Shown one piece after another: positions 41,209 to 42,883 of a stretch of DNA of 42,883 bases. The notes beneath the pieces are model-generated. The model saw only the letters and a list, made by a program, of their open reading frames with translations, ran no database searches and was not told where the DNA came from. The stretch's first letter is position 1, and each line of letters starts with the position of its first letter. The DNA is from Nanoarchaeales archaeon (GTDB lineage Archaea > Nanobdellota > Nanobdellia > Woesearchaeales > UBA583), in NCBI GenBank assembly GCA_013215525.1, contig JABSQY010000009.1, positions 1 through 42,883 of the forward strand, given 5' to 3'. Both the position numbers and the translations under genes were made by a program.

Positions 41209-42883
41209 ATGGCAAGACTTGCAGTAATTAAAAAAGAGAAATGTAAACCAGATTTGTGTGGTTGGCTTTGTATGAAACAATGTCCAATGAATATGACAGA
41301 TTCTGATTGTATTTACGAAGATGTTGACAAGAAAGCTGGGATTGATGAAATTTTGTGTACTGGTTGTGGAATTTGTCCAAAAATTTGTCCGTTCGATGCA
41401 ATTACTATTATTAATTTACCAGAATTAAAAAATGATACACCAATTCATCAATATGGAATTAATGGGTTTAGAATTTTTGATTTACCTTTAATTCAAGATA
41501 AAGCAATCACAGGAATTATTGGAAAAAATGGAATTGGTAAATCTTCAGTAATTAATGTATTATCAAATTCAGTTAAAGCAAACTTTGCAAAATTTGGTGG
41601 AGATAAACTTAAAGATGAAGATTATTTTAAACATTTAAATAATTTATTTAAAGGTGGAGCTTTACAGAATTATTTCACAAAATTAGAGAAAGGAGAAATT
41701 AAAGTTGCATACAAACCGCAACAAATTGTTAATATCCCTCGAGTGTTCAGTGGACCTGTTAAAGATTTATTATTAAAAGTAAATTCTGATATGAACCAAA
41801 TTGAAGAGATTGTAAAAAAATTAAACATTTTTAAAATTTTAGATAGAGATATTAAAGTTTTATCTGGTGGAGAATTACAAAGAGTTGCAATTTCAGCGTG
41901 CCTACTTAAAGAGGGAGCAAATTTTTACGTTCTTGACGAAGTCACAAATTACTTAGATATTTTTGAAAGATTAAATTCAGCAAGAGTAATTAAAGAAACA
42001 GCAGAAGGTAAGACAGCATTACTTATTGAACACGATTTAGTTGTATTAGATTATATGACTGATTTTATTAATATCATGTATGGACAACCTGGTGCATATG
42101 GAATGTTAACTGGAGTTAAAACATCTAAGAATGGAATTAATATTTATTTAGATGGATACTCTAAAGATGAGAATGTTAGATTTCGTAATAGTTCAATTTC
42201 ATTTGATAAAGAATCTGTAACAGATAGTCAAAAAATAAAAGTTGTAGCGAAATGGTCTGATAAAGAAGTAAAGGTTGGAGATTTCCATCTTGATATTCAA
42301 TCAGGAGATGTAATGGAAGGAGAGATTATGGGAATTATTGGAAAGAATGCGCTTGGTAAGACAACGTTTCTAAATGACATATTACAAGAGGGATTTGGAC
42401 CTGAAGTAGTAATTGCATCAAAACCTCAAATGATTCCAACAGGAGATGAAACAGTAATGGAAAAATTAATGGCGCATAAGAATTACACTGATAACTTTTA
42501 TCAATTATACGTATTAGACCCATTAAATGTAAAACCATTATTAGAGAAACGAACTGATGAATTATCGGGTGGAGAATTACAAAGATACGCAATCGCAAAC
42601 ACATTGTTAGAGGAAGCGCACGTGTACTTACTTGATGAACCAACTGCATTTTTAGATATTGAAGAAAAATTAAAAATTGCAAAAATGTTAAAGAACTTTA
42701 TGTCTTTAAGAAACAAATCAGCATTCATTATCGATCACGATTTAGTATTTATGGATTACCTTTCAGACCGTTTATTAGTATTTGATGGAGAACCAGGAAT
42801 TAAAGGATTATCTCACTCTCCGTTAGCAATGCGTGATGGAAAGAATTTATTCCTAAAAGGTCTAAACATTACATTTAGAAGAG
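41209..42883 (+). CDS. ABCE1 / RNase L inhibitor-type ribosome recycling ATPase, 3'-partial (not in the ORF track because no stop lies in the window)
   Basis: MARLAVIKKEKCKPDLCGWLCMKQCP and CTGCGICPKICPFDAI are two 4Fe-4S clusters. Two ABC cassettes follow (GIIGKNGIGKSS, LSGGELQRVAI; GIIGKNALGKTT, LSGGELQRYAI). TATA at 41171..41178. Frame 1 is open to the window end. Confidence 0.9.
   Translation, partial: MARLAVIKKEKCKPDLCGWLCMKQCPMNMTDSDCIYEDVDKKAGIDEILCTGCGICPKICPFDAITIINLPELKNDTPIHQYGINGFRIFDLPLIQDKAITGIIGKNGIGKSSVINVLSNSVKANFAKFGGDKLKDEDYFKHLNNLFKGGALQNYFTKLEKGEIKVAYKPQQIVNIPRVFSGPVKDLLLKVNSDMNQIEEIVKKLNIFKILDRDIKVLSGGELQRVAISACLLKEGANFYVLDEVTNYLDIFERLNSARVIKETAEGKTALLIEHDLVVLDYMTDFINIMYGQPGAYGMLTGVKTSKNGINIYLDGYSKDENVRFRNSSISFDKESVTDSQKIKVVAKWSDKEVKVGDFHLDIQSGDVMEGEIMGIIGKNALGKTTFLNDILQEGFGPEVVIASKPQMIPTGDETVMEKLMAHKNYTDNFYQLYVLDPLNVKPLLEKRTDELSGGELQRYAIANTLLEEAHVYLLDEPTAFLDIEEKLKIAKMLKNFMSLRNKSAFIIDHDLVFMDYLSDRLLVFDGEPGIKGLSHSPLAMRDGKNLFLKGLNITFRR

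Noticed and set aside
1-42883. Stop-codon reassignment, suggested by the absence of TGA stops together with the NIKD aRF1
   Set aside because: All recognisable genes are full length under the standard code, TAA and TAG clearly terminate, and about 46 genes is too small a sample in an AT-rich genome. It is kept only as a low-interest note under aRF1.
1-42883. Chimeric or contaminated contig as an explanation for the bacterial-type genes (rel, EAL, lspA, csp)
   Set aside because: These genes are interleaved with archaeal markers and share the same extreme AT-richness. They also use the same TATA-22-ATG promoter geometry. Coverage-based confirmation is still advisable.

Overview
Strongly AT-rich, gene-dense window: about 46 protein genes and one tRNA, with short spacers and several overlapping or abutting stop/start pairs. 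All calls rest on motif recognition by eye; no searches were run. The informational genes are archaeal: an rpl7ae-rps28e-rpl24e operon, rpl44e, aRF1, tRNA-splicing endonuclease, Taw1/TYW1, ABCE1, an archaellin-type protein and a KGQ-type class III signal peptide. TATA boxes sit about 22 nt before the ATG, which indicates leaderless mRNAs. The compact proteins, a salvage enzyme (thymidine kinase) and many large secreted or anchored surface proteins suggest a small-genome, possibly episymbiotic DPANN-like archaeon (inference). Several modules usually regarded as bacterial are interleaved in this backbone and use the same promoter architecture: a full-length Rel/SpoT (p)ppGpp synthetase-hydrolase, a stand-alone EAL domain protein, signal peptidase II (LspA) plus three lipobox proteins, a CspA-type cold-shock protein and three clustered cyclophilins. 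The best candidate for something new is the secreted-protein cluster at 24797..28293. Its last gene is a very Cys-rich 684-aa protein ending in a Hint/intein-like autoprocessing domain that cannot splice, so it may be a self-cleaving or self-ligating surface adhesin. Other notable items are listed here.
- A phosphoglycerate kinase fused to a PfkB sugar kinase.
- A perfect 93-bp direct repeat that duplicates the 3' end of tRNA-Ser.
- A 136-codon ORF with no start codon, which looks like a one-base homopolymer frameshift.
- A 26-unit array of N-glycosylation sequons.
- An aRF1 with NIKD in place of NIKS.
No CRISPR array, rRNA or recognisable transposase/integrase was seen.
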